DNA of 44,845 nucleotides from an uncultured Thermococci archaeon (GCA_964549615.1 CAZJVP010000003.1:1-44845); one strand, 5' to 3'; numbered from the stretch's first letter, positions 8,208 through 18,218 are shown. Numbers and translations: made by a program. The notes: generated from the letters alone by a model not told the origin.

Positions 8208-8981
8208 GTGTCCAAGATTGCGGTAATCGCTGGCACCGGAGCCGGTCGGCTCTTCCAGGACATGGTGAAGAAAGAGAAACTCGAGACCCATTACGGAGCC
8301 GTTGCGGTCTTCTCTTCCGACGAACTGGACCCTGCTGTACCCATAATCCTCCGCCACGGGGCGAACCGGAGGATTCCGCCCCACCTCGTGAACTATCGGG
8401 CGAACATAGATGCCCTTGCAATCATGGGCGTTGAGAGGATAATAGCCATCGGTGCCGTCGGCAGTCTGAGGTCGTCCCTTAGGCCGGGCGACATCGTGTT
8501 TCCCGACCAGTTCCTCGACTTCACCAAGTCTCGAACCTACACTTTCGCAGATCAGGCATCAACCGGCACGGGTCACGCTGACTTCACCAACCCGTTCTGC
8601 GAGGAGCTGAGGAAGATAGGACTCTCCTCGGCCAGTGAGCTGGAGATGGCGGTCCACCCGCGGGCGGTATATGTATGTACCGAGGGCCCGCGATACGAGA
8701 CGGCCGCCGAGATAAGGATGTTCAAGATGCTCGGGGGAGACATCGTTGGCATGACCTGCGTACCCGAATGCATCCTTGCTGGTGAGAGGGGGATCTGCTA
8801 CCTCCACGTCTCCGTGGTGACAAATATGGCCGCCGGCATGCAGTCCGACGCTATAGCGCACGAGAAGGTCGAACGCGTGGTGGCGGGCAAGTCGCTCCAG
8901 CTGCGGAATCTGGTGAAGCAGGTGGTCGAGAACGAGAGACACACAGCGCGGAAGTGCCGCTGCGCAGCAAGAAGCTCCTAG
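8208..8981 (+). CDS. MTAP-family nucleoside phosphorylase, likely 6-oxopurine / methylthioinosine specific
   Basis: IAGTG, RHG..IPPH.VNYRANI, AVGSL, PDQFLDFT, EGPRYET.AE, VGMT..PE, VTNMAAG (Asn rather than the Asp of TDYD). Confidence 0.9.
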   Translation: MSKIAVIAGTGAGRLFQDMVKKEKLETHYGAVAVFSSDELDPAVPIILRHGANRRIPPHLVNYRANIDALAIMGVERIIAIGAVGSLRSSLRPGDIVFPDQFLDFTKSRTYTFADQASTGTGHADFTNPFCEELRKIGLSSASELEMAVHPRAVYVCTEGPRYETAAEIRMFKMLGGDIVGMTCVPECILAGERGICYLHVSVVTNMAAGMQSDAIAHEKVERVVAGKSLQLRNLVKQVVENERHTARKCRCAARSS

Positions 8982-9006
8982 CCGGTCAAGGGGCGGAGCC
9001 CGGCGG

Positions 9007-9393
9007 ATTCCCGGTGAGGCAGAGGTTCTGGAAGCCGTCATAGAATCCCTTCGTCCAGGAAAAGCCAACTCCCAAAACGAACTGGCAGCAAGGGCCCTCG
9101 CCAAGATGGCTGGCGGGCCCGCGCCGTATAGCTTGAGCCCACGAAGGGCGAGGAGGATCGCCTCCAAGTCGGGTAGGGTGATCGTGAAGATGATCGCCCG
9201 CAGGTCCGAGCGCGAGCTCAAGCGATGCCCCTTCTGCGAGAAGACGTTGGAGGGCCTTCGAACGCGCGACCTGTTCGGCGAGCCGACGGTTGCAGGCAGG
9301 TCGTGCCCGGCGTGCGGGCTCAAGATTCCGCCCGGTCGCCTGGGGCCGGCCAGGTACGTCTTTGAGTTGCCTAGCGGCCCTACCCGCGGATGA
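9007..9393 (+). CDS. Archaeal hypothetical protein with zinc ribbon (CPFC...CPAC)
   Basis: The reading frame extends upstream of the track's ATG 9106 with protein-like sequence IPGEAEVLEAVIESL. The only start-like codon after TGA 8914 and before 9106 with SD-like support is ATT 9007. Confidence 0.7.
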   Translation: MPGEAEVLEAVIESLRPGKANSQNELAARALAKMAGGPAPYSLSPRRARRIASKSGRVIVKMIARRSERELKRCPFCEKTLEGLRTRDLFGEPTVAGRSCPACGLKIPPGRLGPARYVFELPSGPTRG

Positions 9394-10255
9394 CCAGTGC
9401 AATGCCACCGAGGTCGAGCGCCGCGCCCAGCGCCATGTACGGCGTCAGTCCCTCTCCAAGGAAGGCGTGGGCAAGGATCACCGAGCTCACCGGCATGAGG
9501 GTCGTGAGCAGCCCGGCGGTCGATGCGGGAACGCCTTTCATGCCCTTCGCCAAAAGCAGGTAGGCGAATCCGGTGCAGATCAGGCCGAGGTAAAGCAGCC
9601 CCACGACCTGGAGCCCGCTCAGATGTGCTAGACCGGGAACAGAAGGGAGGGCGAACGGCAGCAGGATGCCGGCCGAAATCAAGAAGATGGGAGACAGCGA
9701 TGATAGCACCCGGCCATCCTGGGTCAGCCTCTTCTGGCAGTACGCGTAGAAGGCCCAGAACAGGCCGGCCAAGATGATTATGGCATTGCCGAGCAGGTAG
9801 TCCGAACGGAGCAGGCTCGACACGTCGTTCCCGTTCCACGATATGAGCGTCACGCCAACGAGCGCGACGGTCATGCCCACGATCTTCTTGGATCCGAATG
9901 GTTCCTTGAGAAGAACTACGGACAGCACGGCGAGGAAGACGACCTCGGTTTGAACCACCATGGCTCCCGCGGAGGCGGAGGTGTATCGAAGTCCGATCGT
10001 GAAGAGGAGGTAGTTAAAGGCAATTCCGACCGCCCCGATCCCTACCAGTCGCCAGTTTTCCCTAGGAACGATCCTCGTTCGGGTCGCAAACATCGCGAAA
10101 GTGAGGGCGAGACCGCCGAGAGCCATCCTGACGAAAGCGATCAGGGCTGCGTCCACTGCCCTAACCATCACCTTGACGATGACCGCGACGGTGCCCCAAA
10201 GGAATGCGGTGGCCACGATGAGAACTGCCGACCCGACATCGGTCTTGTTCTCCAC
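9380..10255 (-). CDS. EamA/DMT family transporter
   Basis: About 10 hydrophobic segments in two EamA repeats (FLWG..., LKE, FLGE). SD GGGGAGG upstream. Confidence 0.92.
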   Translation of the reverse strand: MENKTDVGSAVLIVATAFLWGTVAVIVKVMVRAVDAALIAFVRMALGGLALTFAMFATRTRIVPRENWRLVGIGAVGIAFNYLLFTIGLRYTSASAGAMVVQTEVVFLAVLSVVLLKEPFGSKKIVGMTVALVGVTLISWNGNDVSSLLRSDYLLGNAIIILAGLFWAFYAYCQKRLTQDGRVLSSLSPIFLISAGILLPFALPSVPGLAHLSGLQVVGLLYLGLICTGFAYLLLAKGMKGVPASTAGLLTTLMPVSSVILAHAFLGEGLTPYMALGAALDLGGIALVIRG

Positions 10256-10278
10256 CCCGCCGCCTCCCCGGCGCGTCC

Positions 10279-10320
10279 TTTTAAATGGATGCGGGGCAGG
10301 GCGGCGATCACATATTTAAT
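10279..10320. promoter_or_regulatory. Paired divergent TATA-like boxes TTTTAAAT (10279-10286) and TATTTAAT (10313-10320)
   Basis: Located between the divergent EamA and dehydrogenase genes. Confidence 0.55.
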
Positions 10321-10346
10321 GACCATTGGTCGTTCGGTCGATTAGC

Positions 10347-11531
10347 TTGGCCGATGCGGGACCCGATCTGCATACGAACTATGCAGGGCTTGAGTTGAGG
10401 AACCCACTGATAGTGTCCCCGGCGGGCATCACGGAAACGGTCAGGCGAATGAAAAGGGCTGAGGCGGCTGGTTGCGGGGCGGTCGTTGTCAAGACGCTCT
10501 TCGAGGATGCCCTCGCCCGGCGGTCGCCGACGCCCCGCTTTCGGGTCATGCACGGGAGGGTCGGATGCCCCGAGTCTTTCGTGTTATACTCGTACGAACA
10601 GGCAAGCAGCTTCGGCCCAGAACGGTATGCCCGGGAAATCCGAAACGCAAAGAGGGCCCTCGCTGTTCCCGTTATCGCTAGCATTGGGTGCACAACGGAG
10701 GAAGGGTGGACGCGGTACGCTCGCCTGGTGCAGGAATCCGGGGCCGATGCCGTCGAGCTCAACGTGTCATGCCCGCACGGAAGGCCGGTCCTCTCCGATG
10801 CCGATGTCACCGACGATATGTGCAGCGCAACCAAGCTGGTGAAGCAGACCGTGTCCCTCCCCGTCATCCCGAAGATGACTCCCCAGTCCGCAAGCCCGCT
10901 TGGGACTGCATTGAGGTTGGAGGCATCGGGTGCCGATGCGGTGGTCATGTTCAACAGGTTCACCGGCCTGGACATCGATGTGGATAGCGAGACCCCGGTG
11001 ATGCACGGCGGCTTCGCGGGGCACGGCGGGCCGTGGTCGATCTACTACGTCCTGAGATGGTTGGTGGCGACCAGTCCTAGGCTCCGGATTCCGATCAGCG
11101 CTAGCGGGGGGATCTGGACGGGTTACGACATGGCGAAGGCTATCCTCGCAGGCGCCACGACCACCCAGATGTGCACGGCGGTGGTGGTGCGGGGATACGA
11201 TGCAATCCGCTCCGCGTTGGAAGAGTTCAGGACCTTCATGGAAACTAAGGGATACTCCGACGTCAAGGCGTTCAGGGGCAAGGCGCGTGCGAAGGTCCTG
11301 CCCAATGAAGCGATTGACCGGAGAAAGACCGTTGTCGCGCACATCGATCCGGAGAAATGTACGCGCTGTGGCATCTGCCAGAGGATATGCATATACGACG
11401 CCGTCTCCCTAGCAGGGAAGAGCTACCGCATTGGGAGGCGTTGCGCTGGCTGCGGCCTGTGCGCCGAGCTTTGCCCGAAGGACGCCATATCCCTGCGCAG
11501 GGTGGAGCGAGCCGGCCCCTTGGGACGGTAG
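10347..11531 (+). CDS. Dihydroorotate/dihydropyrimidine dehydrogenase family flavoprotein with C-terminal 2x[4Fe-4S] domain (PreA-like)
   Basis: LELRNPLIV, GAVVVKT, ELNVSCPH, KMTP, ISASGG, CTRCGICQRIC and CAGCGLCAELCP. Start uncertain (10326 or 10347). Confidence 0.88.
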   Translation: MADAGPDLHTNYAGLELRNPLIVSPAGITETVRRMKRAEAAGCGAVVVKTLFEDALARRSPTPRFRVMHGRVGCPESFVLYSYEQASSFGPERYAREIRNAKRALAVPVIASIGCTTEEGWTRYARLVQESGADAVELNVSCPHGRPVLSDADVTDDMCSATKLVKQTVSLPVIPKMTPQSASPLGTALRLEASGADAVVMFNRFTGLDIDVDSETPVMHGGFAGHGGPWSIYYVLRWLVATSPRLRIPISASGGIWTGYDMAKAILAGATTTQMCTAVVVRGYDAIRSALEEFRTFMETKGYSDVKAFRGKARAKVLPNEAIDRRKTVVAHIDPEKCTRCGICQRICIYDAVSLAGKSYRIGRRCAGCGLCAELCPKDAISLRRVERAGPLGR

Positions 11532-12051
11532 CTTGGGCCGTTAGGCTGGTGAAATCGATCGCAATTCCTCGCTTGGGCATCCCCTTGGTATTTGTGGCTA
11601 GATTGCCTGCGCTGCACGGCGGACCTGCAAAGTCCGACCTCAAGTCGCTGCGGAGAAGGGCGTACTGCAGAAGCAAAGCCTCTCACCCATTACTGCCTAA
11701 CGGCGATCCCGCATCGTTTACGTTCCGATGCTGGTGAACATTCCCGAGGGAACCTTTGGACCGTCGAGGGTACGGGCAGGGAAGACGTCAAGAAGTTCAT
11801 GAGGCTACATCTGTCCCGAACCTATGGTCAACTGGTCGCTTCGTGCGACCTGGACATCGTCTCGGATTTCGAGGCTTTGCTGGTGCCGAGCCAACACTTC
11901 AATGAGACGGGCCATAGGGAGGAAGGGATGGGCTGCCAAATACGCGATCAACTGGGACACCGGAGGCTACACCTCCTTGGACCTTCAGCTGCTTCCGCTG
12001 GAAACACTTAAGTCCAGGTCTGCGGCTCGGGACGCGATCTCCCCAGGAGGG

Positions 12052-12885
12052 GTGAATCTGTTCGTTGGCATGTTGACAGCACCGTTCAGGGATGAAAGCC
12101 TATCCCAGATAGTAAGCTTTGCAATGGCGAATGGCATAAAGGGCTTGGAGATCCCCGTCGCGCCGGGCAGAAAGCAAGTCGACGTTGAGAAGGTGCTCAC
12201 CTCAGGGCCGGGCGATGTCAAGAGAACCCTCGCCAACACCGGCGTTGTGATCTCCAGCCTCGCCTACTATGCTGGAAACATCTTGGTTGACAAGGGGTCC
12301 CAGGAGTTCTTCAAGAAGTCGGTGGAGGCCTGCGCAACCTTGGAAGTCGATGTGCTTTGTTGCCTTGCCGGGATGGCCTCGCCGGGGAAGGACAAGAAGG
12401 CGACGCTCAGGTCCGATTTCAAGGAAACCTACTCGGTCTTGGCGGATTTCGCGAAGGATCACGGCGTCAAGCTGGCCATGGAGAACTGGTTCGCAACTCT
12501 GCTCCAAGGCCTTGACAACTTCGACCTTGCATTCGAAATGGTCCCCAACGCGAACCTAGGGCTCAACTTCGACCCTAGCCATCTCGTTCACCAGCAAATC
12601 GACTACGTCCAAGCCGTGCACCATCTGGGGAAGAGGATCTTCCACACCCATGCAAAGGACACCGAGATCATCCGGCATAGGATGCACTACCGAGGGATCT
12701 ACGAGGGGGGATGGTGGAGGTACCGCATCCCGGGACGCGGGGAGATCAACTGGAACGCCTACATCACGGCTCTGAAGGAGAACGGCTACGACTTCGTGCT
12801 CAGCATAGAGCACGAGGACGGGTTCTTCGGTAGGGAAGCCGGTTTTGCGGACGGCGCCAGGTATCTGAACTCCATCCTCTGGTAG
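12052..12885 (+). CDS. Sugar phosphate isomerase/epimerase (xylose-isomerase-like TIM barrel)
   Basis: LAMEN, NFDPSH, HTHAKD, PGRGEINW, LSIEHED. SD AGGAGG precedes GTG 12052. Confidence 0.9.
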   Translation: MNLFVGMLTAPFRDESLSQIVSFAMANGIKGLEIPVAPGRKQVDVEKVLTSGPGDVKRTLANTGVVISSLAYYAGNILVDKGSQEFFKKSVEACATLEVDVLCCLAGMASPGKDKKATLRSDFKETYSVLADFAKDHGVKLAMENWFATLLQGLDNFDLAFEMVPNANLGLNFDPSHLVHQQIDYVQAVHHLGKRIFHTHAKDTEIIRHRMHYRGIYEGGWWRYRIPGRGEINWNAYITALKENGYDFVLSIEHEDGFFGREAGFADGARYLNSILW

Positions 12886-13012
12886 GCCTTCGCACATCGT
12901 TAAGAACGTAGGGTGCCCGTCCGGAGGAAGATTTCCCGGGGCGATATGGCTACCTGGAATTGTAAGTTGGCGGGAGCGGAGCTGCGGCGCCACACGCCGT
13001 CAAAGGCACGCG

Positions 13013-13819
13013 CTAGTAGATCAGGTCGAAGATCCTCAGGATGTCCTGGTGCAGCTCCAAGGCACCTTCGGCTCCGCGCCGGGTGTGGTGCTCGTTCGAT
13101 ATGAAGCCCCGGAACCCCATCTCCTTCATGGCCTTGAAGATGTTGTAGTAGTCGATCTTCTTTCCGTTGGGGGTGCGCATGCTCTTTACGTGCATGAACT
13201 CCAGATAATCTTGGATCGCCTTGAAACCGTCTGGCCAGACGACCTCGCCAGCGTTGAAGCTGTTGCCTGGGTCATAGTTCACCTTGAGGTAGCGCGAGTT
13301 GACGGACCGAAGTATCCGCCTGGCGTTGGCTGCGGTGTCCGCGTACAATCCGCCCTCCGTCTCCAAGGCTAGCACAACCCCCGCGTCCCTGGCGAGGTCA
13401 GCCGCCCATCCGAGCCTTTCGCTGATTATGGGGAGACATTCATCGATCGGGCATCCCTCGACCACGTTGAAGCCGAATGCCCTAGTGTAGGGAGCTTCGA
13501 GCGCGACCGCGACCTCCAACGACTGCTTCAGGATGGCCTTCTGCTCCTCCCACTCCTTCTGGTCGTCCCAGGAAGAGTGCTTGTACTTGCAGAAGCCGGA
13601 CGAGACCGAGGAAACGCCGAAGTCCCTCTCCTCCAGGACGGCCTTCAAGCTCCTCAGGCGTTCCCCCTCAAACCGCGCTATGTTGATGGGCTCGAAGTTG
13701 CCGACGGCCACATTTCTCAGCTCGACAGACCTCATGGGCGCCATGTTGGTCTGGATGAAATCCAAGGCCCTCTCGATCGGCTGATAGATTTCGTCCGTGA
13801 ATGCTGACAGCCTCATCAT
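13013..13819 (-). CDS. Sugar phosphate isomerase/epimerase (xylose-isomerase-like TIM barrel)
   Basis: LSAFTDEI, VELR, LALETE, NYDPGN, MHVK, ISNEHH. Confidence 0.88.
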   Translation of the reverse strand: MMRLSAFTDEIYQPIERALDFIQTNMAPMRSVELRNVAVGNFEPINIARFEGERLRSLKAVLEERDFGVSSVSSGFCKYKHSSWDDQKEWEEQKAILKQSLEVAVALEAPYTRAFGFNVVEGCPIDECLPIISERLGWAADLARDAGVVLALETEGGLYADTAANARRILRSVNSRYLKVNYDPGNSFNAGEVVWPDGFKAIQDYLEFMHVKSMRTPNGKKIDYYNIFKAMKEMGFRGFISNEHHTRRGAEGALELHQDILRIFDLIY

Positions 13820-14090
13820 TTGGGATTACCGGGGCGAGCTCCTTTCTGCCGATCTTAAATCTTTGCCGCGCTGGGTGCTGGGTCAAGGTCTGCTGGGAAT
13901 GAAGTGCCCGATTCGAAAATCTCTTCGGCCCTGCTTTAAGGTGCACTTGGGTAGAAACCAACCGATCTAACTAACGGGACGGGAGTGGATGCGTGCTATG
14001 GGCTGCCCAGATGCCCTTGCCTCGCCCCTTGGTCCTTGGCTGAAAGAGTTAAATTGAGAGCTTTTTGAGGGGCAAGCGAGGTTCGGGGGC

Positions 14091-16658
14091 ATGCGACGTT
14101 CCTCTGCCGTATCCCTATGGCTGTCGGGGATCTGCATCGTTTCCGTCGCCATCGCACAGTCTCCTGAGGTCTACGAGCAGATGGGGAACGACGCAGCAAG
14201 CTCGGGAAACTACCTCCTTGCAGCCCAGAACTACGCCATTGCCGCCGAAGGGTACGCCAAGCTCGGCAACCATTCCGCAGCAGCGGTCAACCACGAGAGG
14301 GCAGCGACCCTTTACTCTGCCCTCGGTTCAAGCGACCTCTATCTGGCAGAGGCGGCCAAGGCTGCGTCCTCATACGGCGCAGCCGGATCGATGTACCTAG
14401 ACCAAGGCAACTACTGGTACGCGGCCAACGCCTTCTCCAGGAGCGCGGCGTTCTACAATGCGACGGGCAAGTCCTCTGAGTACAAGCAGATGGAAATCAA
14501 GTCGGGCGAGGCTTTCATGCTCATGGCCACCTCCTCCTCAAATCTGACCGGCCGCGTGCAGTCGCTCTACCGCGCCTGCATAGCGTTCTTCGGCGTGGAC
14601 AAGGCAAGGTTCCAGAACTCGAGGGAGCAGCTTGAGACCGCCGTCAGTGAACTGAAGGCCGAAGCCCTCAAGGCCAAGGATCCGGCGGTGTTTGACGTCC
14701 TGGAGGTTTACTACATTCCCATATACTCTCAACTGCTCGAGGATGATGCGGCATCGGCCGCGAAGATGGACGAGGCCGGCCAGCTCGCCAGTGCCATGGG
14801 GTATCACGGGTACGCCGCTAGCTACCACACTAGTGCCGCTGCGTTCTACAGGGCCGCAGGACGCGCGCAGGACGCGATAAAGAGCCTTCACCTTGTCGGG
14901 GATGCATACAAAGAGGAGATATCGGAAAGCACGGGGTGGAACTACACAAGCTTCCTTAGAATGAAGGACGACCTCGAGACGGCCCTCTACGTTCTCAGGT
15001 TTCTCAACAGGACGACCGACGTGAGCGAGATCAGCGCCCTCGCCACGCGGAACCTGCAACAGCTCGCGCCCGAGCTGGTTGCCGCCGGCGACGCACACAG
15101 GGTGTCCGGCGCATATGAATGGGCCGCCTCCAACTACTCCGCAGCGGCCGAGATCTTCTACATCCTTGGCGACGAGCAAATGTTCAGGCAGCTCAATGGC
15201 ATCTCGGGTTCGATGAGCTTTCTTAAGGCGCGGCGCCTCGAGGCTAGCGGCAATTCAAGCTTGGCCGCGGACTCATATGACGCGGCAGGGTTCTTGTTGA
15301 AACTGGCAGGTAACCAAAGCTATGTGGAGGCCTATAAGGAAGGCGCTCGGCTGCACGGAAGCCTTGGCAATCAGCTGTTGGTGGCCGGCAACCGCACGCT
15401 TGCGGCCAGCCACTTCTATGCGGCGGCAACGGACCTGAGGGCGATCGGAGACCCATCCTCGTCAGCCTACTTCGAAAAGTACGTCGCAACGCTCAGGCAG
15501 ATCATGCCGTCCGAGTCATCCGTGACGAGAGCGATGATGCTCATGTCTATAGGGGATGCCCTTCGGCGGATGGGCGATCAGGAGGGTGCCACAAAGTCCT
15601 ATGCAGAAGCATCGGATCAGCTGGTGCAGATCCTGAGCCAGTATCTCGCCGCGTCGCCAGATTACCTTGCCTCGATCCCAGCCTTGCCGAAGAGCCTCGT
15701 CAAGGCGTACCGACTTTCCGGAAGGCTCTACCTTGCCCGTAGCACTGTAAGGAGCCTCGACTATCCATCGATGTACGGCACTCTGGCGACGTTGGCTTCT
15801 TTCGCCCAGATGTATGCAACCGCCGCCCGGATCCACGGGTCCCTTGCGCGGTCCGACATGGAGGTGTACGACTTTCAGAGCAACGCTGCCAACGTGCTCT
15901 TCCGCGGCATCACGGCCATGATCGCGGGAAACAACGAGCTGGCTCAATCCAGCCTCCGGGAATTTGAGTCCCTCAACCACCCTCTGCACAGTGCGAACAG
16001 GAAGTTTCACCAGCTGCTGTCACACTGCCTGGCTTGGGCGGTTGACGGCAACCAGACTGAGCTTGCCATGGCTAGGGCGATTCTCTCGGAGATCATGTCC
16101 GTCAGCGAGGGGTCCGACACCGAGTTTCTTCTTCAGGACCTGGAATCATTTCTGACGGCGGGCGCCGATCCAACGAAGGTATCCGACCAGGCATCCTCGA
16201 GATCTGCTGCACGGGAATGGAGAGAGGCTGGCACCCTCTACTACTCGCTCGGCATGCTGAGGTACTTCCGTGAAGAGTTCAATCTCTCGCTATCCGCCTT
16301 TGAGGAATCCTCGTACATGTTCATCAAATCAGGCGACTATGCCCAAGCCGCTAGGTCCGCGGAACGAGCCTTCGAATGCTTCTTCGAGCCGACCGAGTTC
16401 ACGCTGGGGCTTCGCTCCCTGTGCAGGGCTTTCCTTGAATCGAATTCGACGCTTGCCGGGATCGCAAGAGCCAGCTTCAAGCAAGCCGCCAAGCAGGGCT
16501 ACAAGCGCGAGGAATCAAAGGAGCTGATGAGGATCGCCGCCAAGCTGGAGGGCATCAACTGGGGGCTCATTACGCTCCAAGCGTCCGCGGGGGTCATTGC
16601 CCTCCTGTGTGCCCTGGCCGTTCTTCTACTCATCAGAAGGCGTTCGCAGAATGAATGA
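14091..16658 (+). CDS. Secreted, C-terminally anchored TPR/SNAP-like alpha-solenoid glycoprotein
   Basis: N-terminal signal peptide, repeated AA..Y..AA..Y...G helical units, 12 N-x-S/T sequons, C-terminal TM helix followed by RRR. Confidence 0.8.
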   Translation: MRRSSAVSLWLSGICIVSVAIAQSPEVYEQMGNDAASSGNYLLAAQNYAIAAEGYAKLGNHSAAAVNHERAATLYSALGSSDLYLAEAAKAASSYGAAGSMYLDQGNYWYAANAFSRSAAFYNATGKSSEYKQMEIKSGEAFMLMATSSSNLTGRVQSLYRACIAFFGVDKARFQNSREQLETAVSELKAEALKAKDPAVFDVLEVYYIPIYSQLLEDDAASAAKMDEAGQLASAMGYHGYAASYHTSAAAFYRAAGRAQDAIKSLHLVGDAYKEEISESTGWNYTSFLRMKDDLETALYVLRFLNRTTDVSEISALATRNLQQLAPELVAAGDAHRVSGAYEWAASNYSAAAEIFYILGDEQMFRQLNGISGSMSFLKARRLEASGNSSLAADSYDAAGFLLKLAGNQSYVEAYKEGARLHGSLGNQLLVAGNRTLAASHFYAAATDLRAIGDPSSSAYFEKYVATLRQIMPSESSVTRAMMLMSIGDALRRMGDQEGATKSYAEASDQLVQILSQYLAASPDYLASIPALPKSLVKAYRLSGRLYLARSTVRSLDYPSMYGTLATLASFAQMYATAARIHGSLARSDMEVYDFQSNAANVLFRGITAMIAGNNELAQSSLREFESLNHPLHSANRKFHQLLSHCLAWAVDGNQTELAMARAILSEIMSVSEGSDTEFLLQDLESFLTAGADPTKVSDQASSRSAAREWREAGTLYYSLGMLRYFREEFNLSLSAFEESSYMFIKSGDYAQAARSAERAFECFFEPTEFTLGLRSLCRAFLESNSTLAGIARASFKQAAKQGYKREESKELMRIAAKLEGINWGLITLQASAGVIALLCALAVLLLIRRRSQNE

Positions 16659-17088
16659 TGGCCGAGAAAAACGTGAACTTCAGATGGAGTTCTCCAAGCC
16701 AAGGATGGTTGCCCTGCGGGTGCTTTACTTCCTAGTCTCGATGGGCGTCCTCTACATGGCGAAGTTGGAGTTCGGCCTGTCGAACCTGACGTTCCTCGTC
16801 GCGGCAGCCGTCCTTCTGGGCGCCATCATCGCGTCGTACCCGCTTCAGCTGAGGTTGATTCGCAGCGTGGCATACCAGGAGAAGCAGTTGGGCCCCCAGA
16901 CCATGATAGGCCTCGAGGGACGGGCGCTGGAAGATCTCTCCCCGGTTGGCAGGATAAAGGTTCGTGGTGAGATCTGGAGGGCGGCTTCTCGATCAGGCAT
17001 GATCAGCAAGGGCGAGACCGTCGTCGTCGTCGAGGTTGACGGGCTGACATTGACCGTAGAAAGGCCGAACCAACGGCGGACAAGCTGA
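16651..17088 (+). CDS. NfeD-like membrane protein (C-terminal OB fold)
   Basis: Two TM helices, then MIGLEGRALEDLSPVGRIKVRGEIWRA...GETVVVVEVDGLTLTVE. The start overlaps the upstream stop. Confidence 0.85.
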   Translation: MNDGREKRELQMEFSKPRMVALRVLYFLVSMGVLYMAKLEFGLSNLTFLVAAAVLLGAIIASYPLQLRLIRSVAYQEKQLGPQTMIGLEGRALEDLSPVGRIKVRGEIWRAASRSGMISKGETVVVVEVDGLTLTVERPNQRRTS

Positions 17089-17321
17089 GGACGATTGCAT
17101 GGCGTACACATCCTTGTGATCGGCGCATGAGTTACCCTGTACGGCCGGCAGGATACCCGATTCCCGCCGCGTCCAAGGTCCCGTGGCGCGTCAGGAAGCT
17201 TGCATCGAGCTTCGTGCACGAGGATTCCGCGTTCGGATTCCGGATTTCGAAAACGATTTAAGGGCCCGCTTTGTACGGACGAAGGTAAGGACGGCCAGAC
17301 GTCCCCAGGCAGGTCAACTAA

Positions 17322-18218
17322 GTGAAGCTCAGTTCCTCCAAGTCCGGCCTTGCGGGCATCTTGGTGATCGCGCTGATCCTGTCGACCCTTCTCGTGCTAT
17401 CCCTACGCAGACAGGAGCTGGGCAGCCCGGTCTACCTTGCCCGGAACGACTATCCGGAGCTTTTCAAGCGAACGGAGGCCCGAGGCGAGCCCATGATCTT
17501 CAACTTCGGCGTCATCTGCAAAGAGCCCTTCAAGGAGCTCGAGATAAGGTTTAGCAACCTGTACATGACACAAGTTCCGGAGTTCAGCGACCCCAACTTC
17601 GTGCCGAACCAGAGCGATCCCCTCACGATAATGGAGGCCCGCAAGGATGTGCAGAACATAAAGAGGAACCTTGGTGACGTGCCCATCCCTTTCGACGTCA
17701 TAAACGTCTCGGCCAAGATAGGAAACCTCACACACTCTAAGACCTACAGGGGCGTGGTCTACGACTTCGCTAGGACCCTGGGCCTTTTCCTGGACAAGCG
17801 AGTCATACAGCAGATATTCGAGGTCTTTGCGATTCTAAAGTCCGATGATGGGGATATCCTTTACTTCGCGGGGGTCCCTGACTTCTTCTATAAACGCTCG
17901 ACGAACGTCAAGTACCTCTCGATACATCATAACCAGAATGAAACAGTCTACCAAGCCCTGACGGAGCTGCCGATCGAGGTCGTCCCGGTCAGCGAGGCAC
18001 CTCCCGCAGGCGAACTCATCTTCAGGGATACACGGAGGGACGACCAGATATTCATCCAGATGAACGTCGAGAGCAATCTCAACACGCTTCCCATGTGGAT
18101 CCAGCAGCCCGGCTTGATGGAGTATATGATCGAGTACGTCAGGGTCTACGCGAACGGGAGGCTTGAGGTCAGCGAACTTAACGTGATACCTTTCGAGAAG
18201 GGGGGCTGGAGAGGATGA
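17322..18218 (+). CDS. Hypothetical protein with N-terminal membrane anchor
   Basis: Single N-terminal TM, several N-x-S/T sequons, TATA-like ATTTAAG upstream, ATGA overlap with the next gene. Confidence 0.8.
   Translation: MKLSSSKSGLAGILVIALILSTLLVLSLRRQELGSPVYLARNDYPELFKRTEARGEPMIFNFGVICKEPFKELEIRFSNLYMTQVPEFSDPNFVPNQSDPLTIMEARKDVQNIKRNLGDVPIPFDVINVSAKIGNLTHSKTYRGVVYDFARTLGLFLDKRVIQQIFEVFAILKSDDGDILYFAGVPDFFYKRSTNVKYLSIHHNQNETVYQALTELPIEVVPVSEAPPAGELIFRDTRRDDQIFIQMNVESNLNTLPMWIQQPGLMEYMIEYVRVYANGRLEVSELNVIPFEKGGWRG

Noticed and set aside
8559-9839. 426-aa minus-strand ORF
   Set aside because: It overlaps three better-supported genes and has the Arg/Pro-rich composition typical of GC-rich shadow frames.
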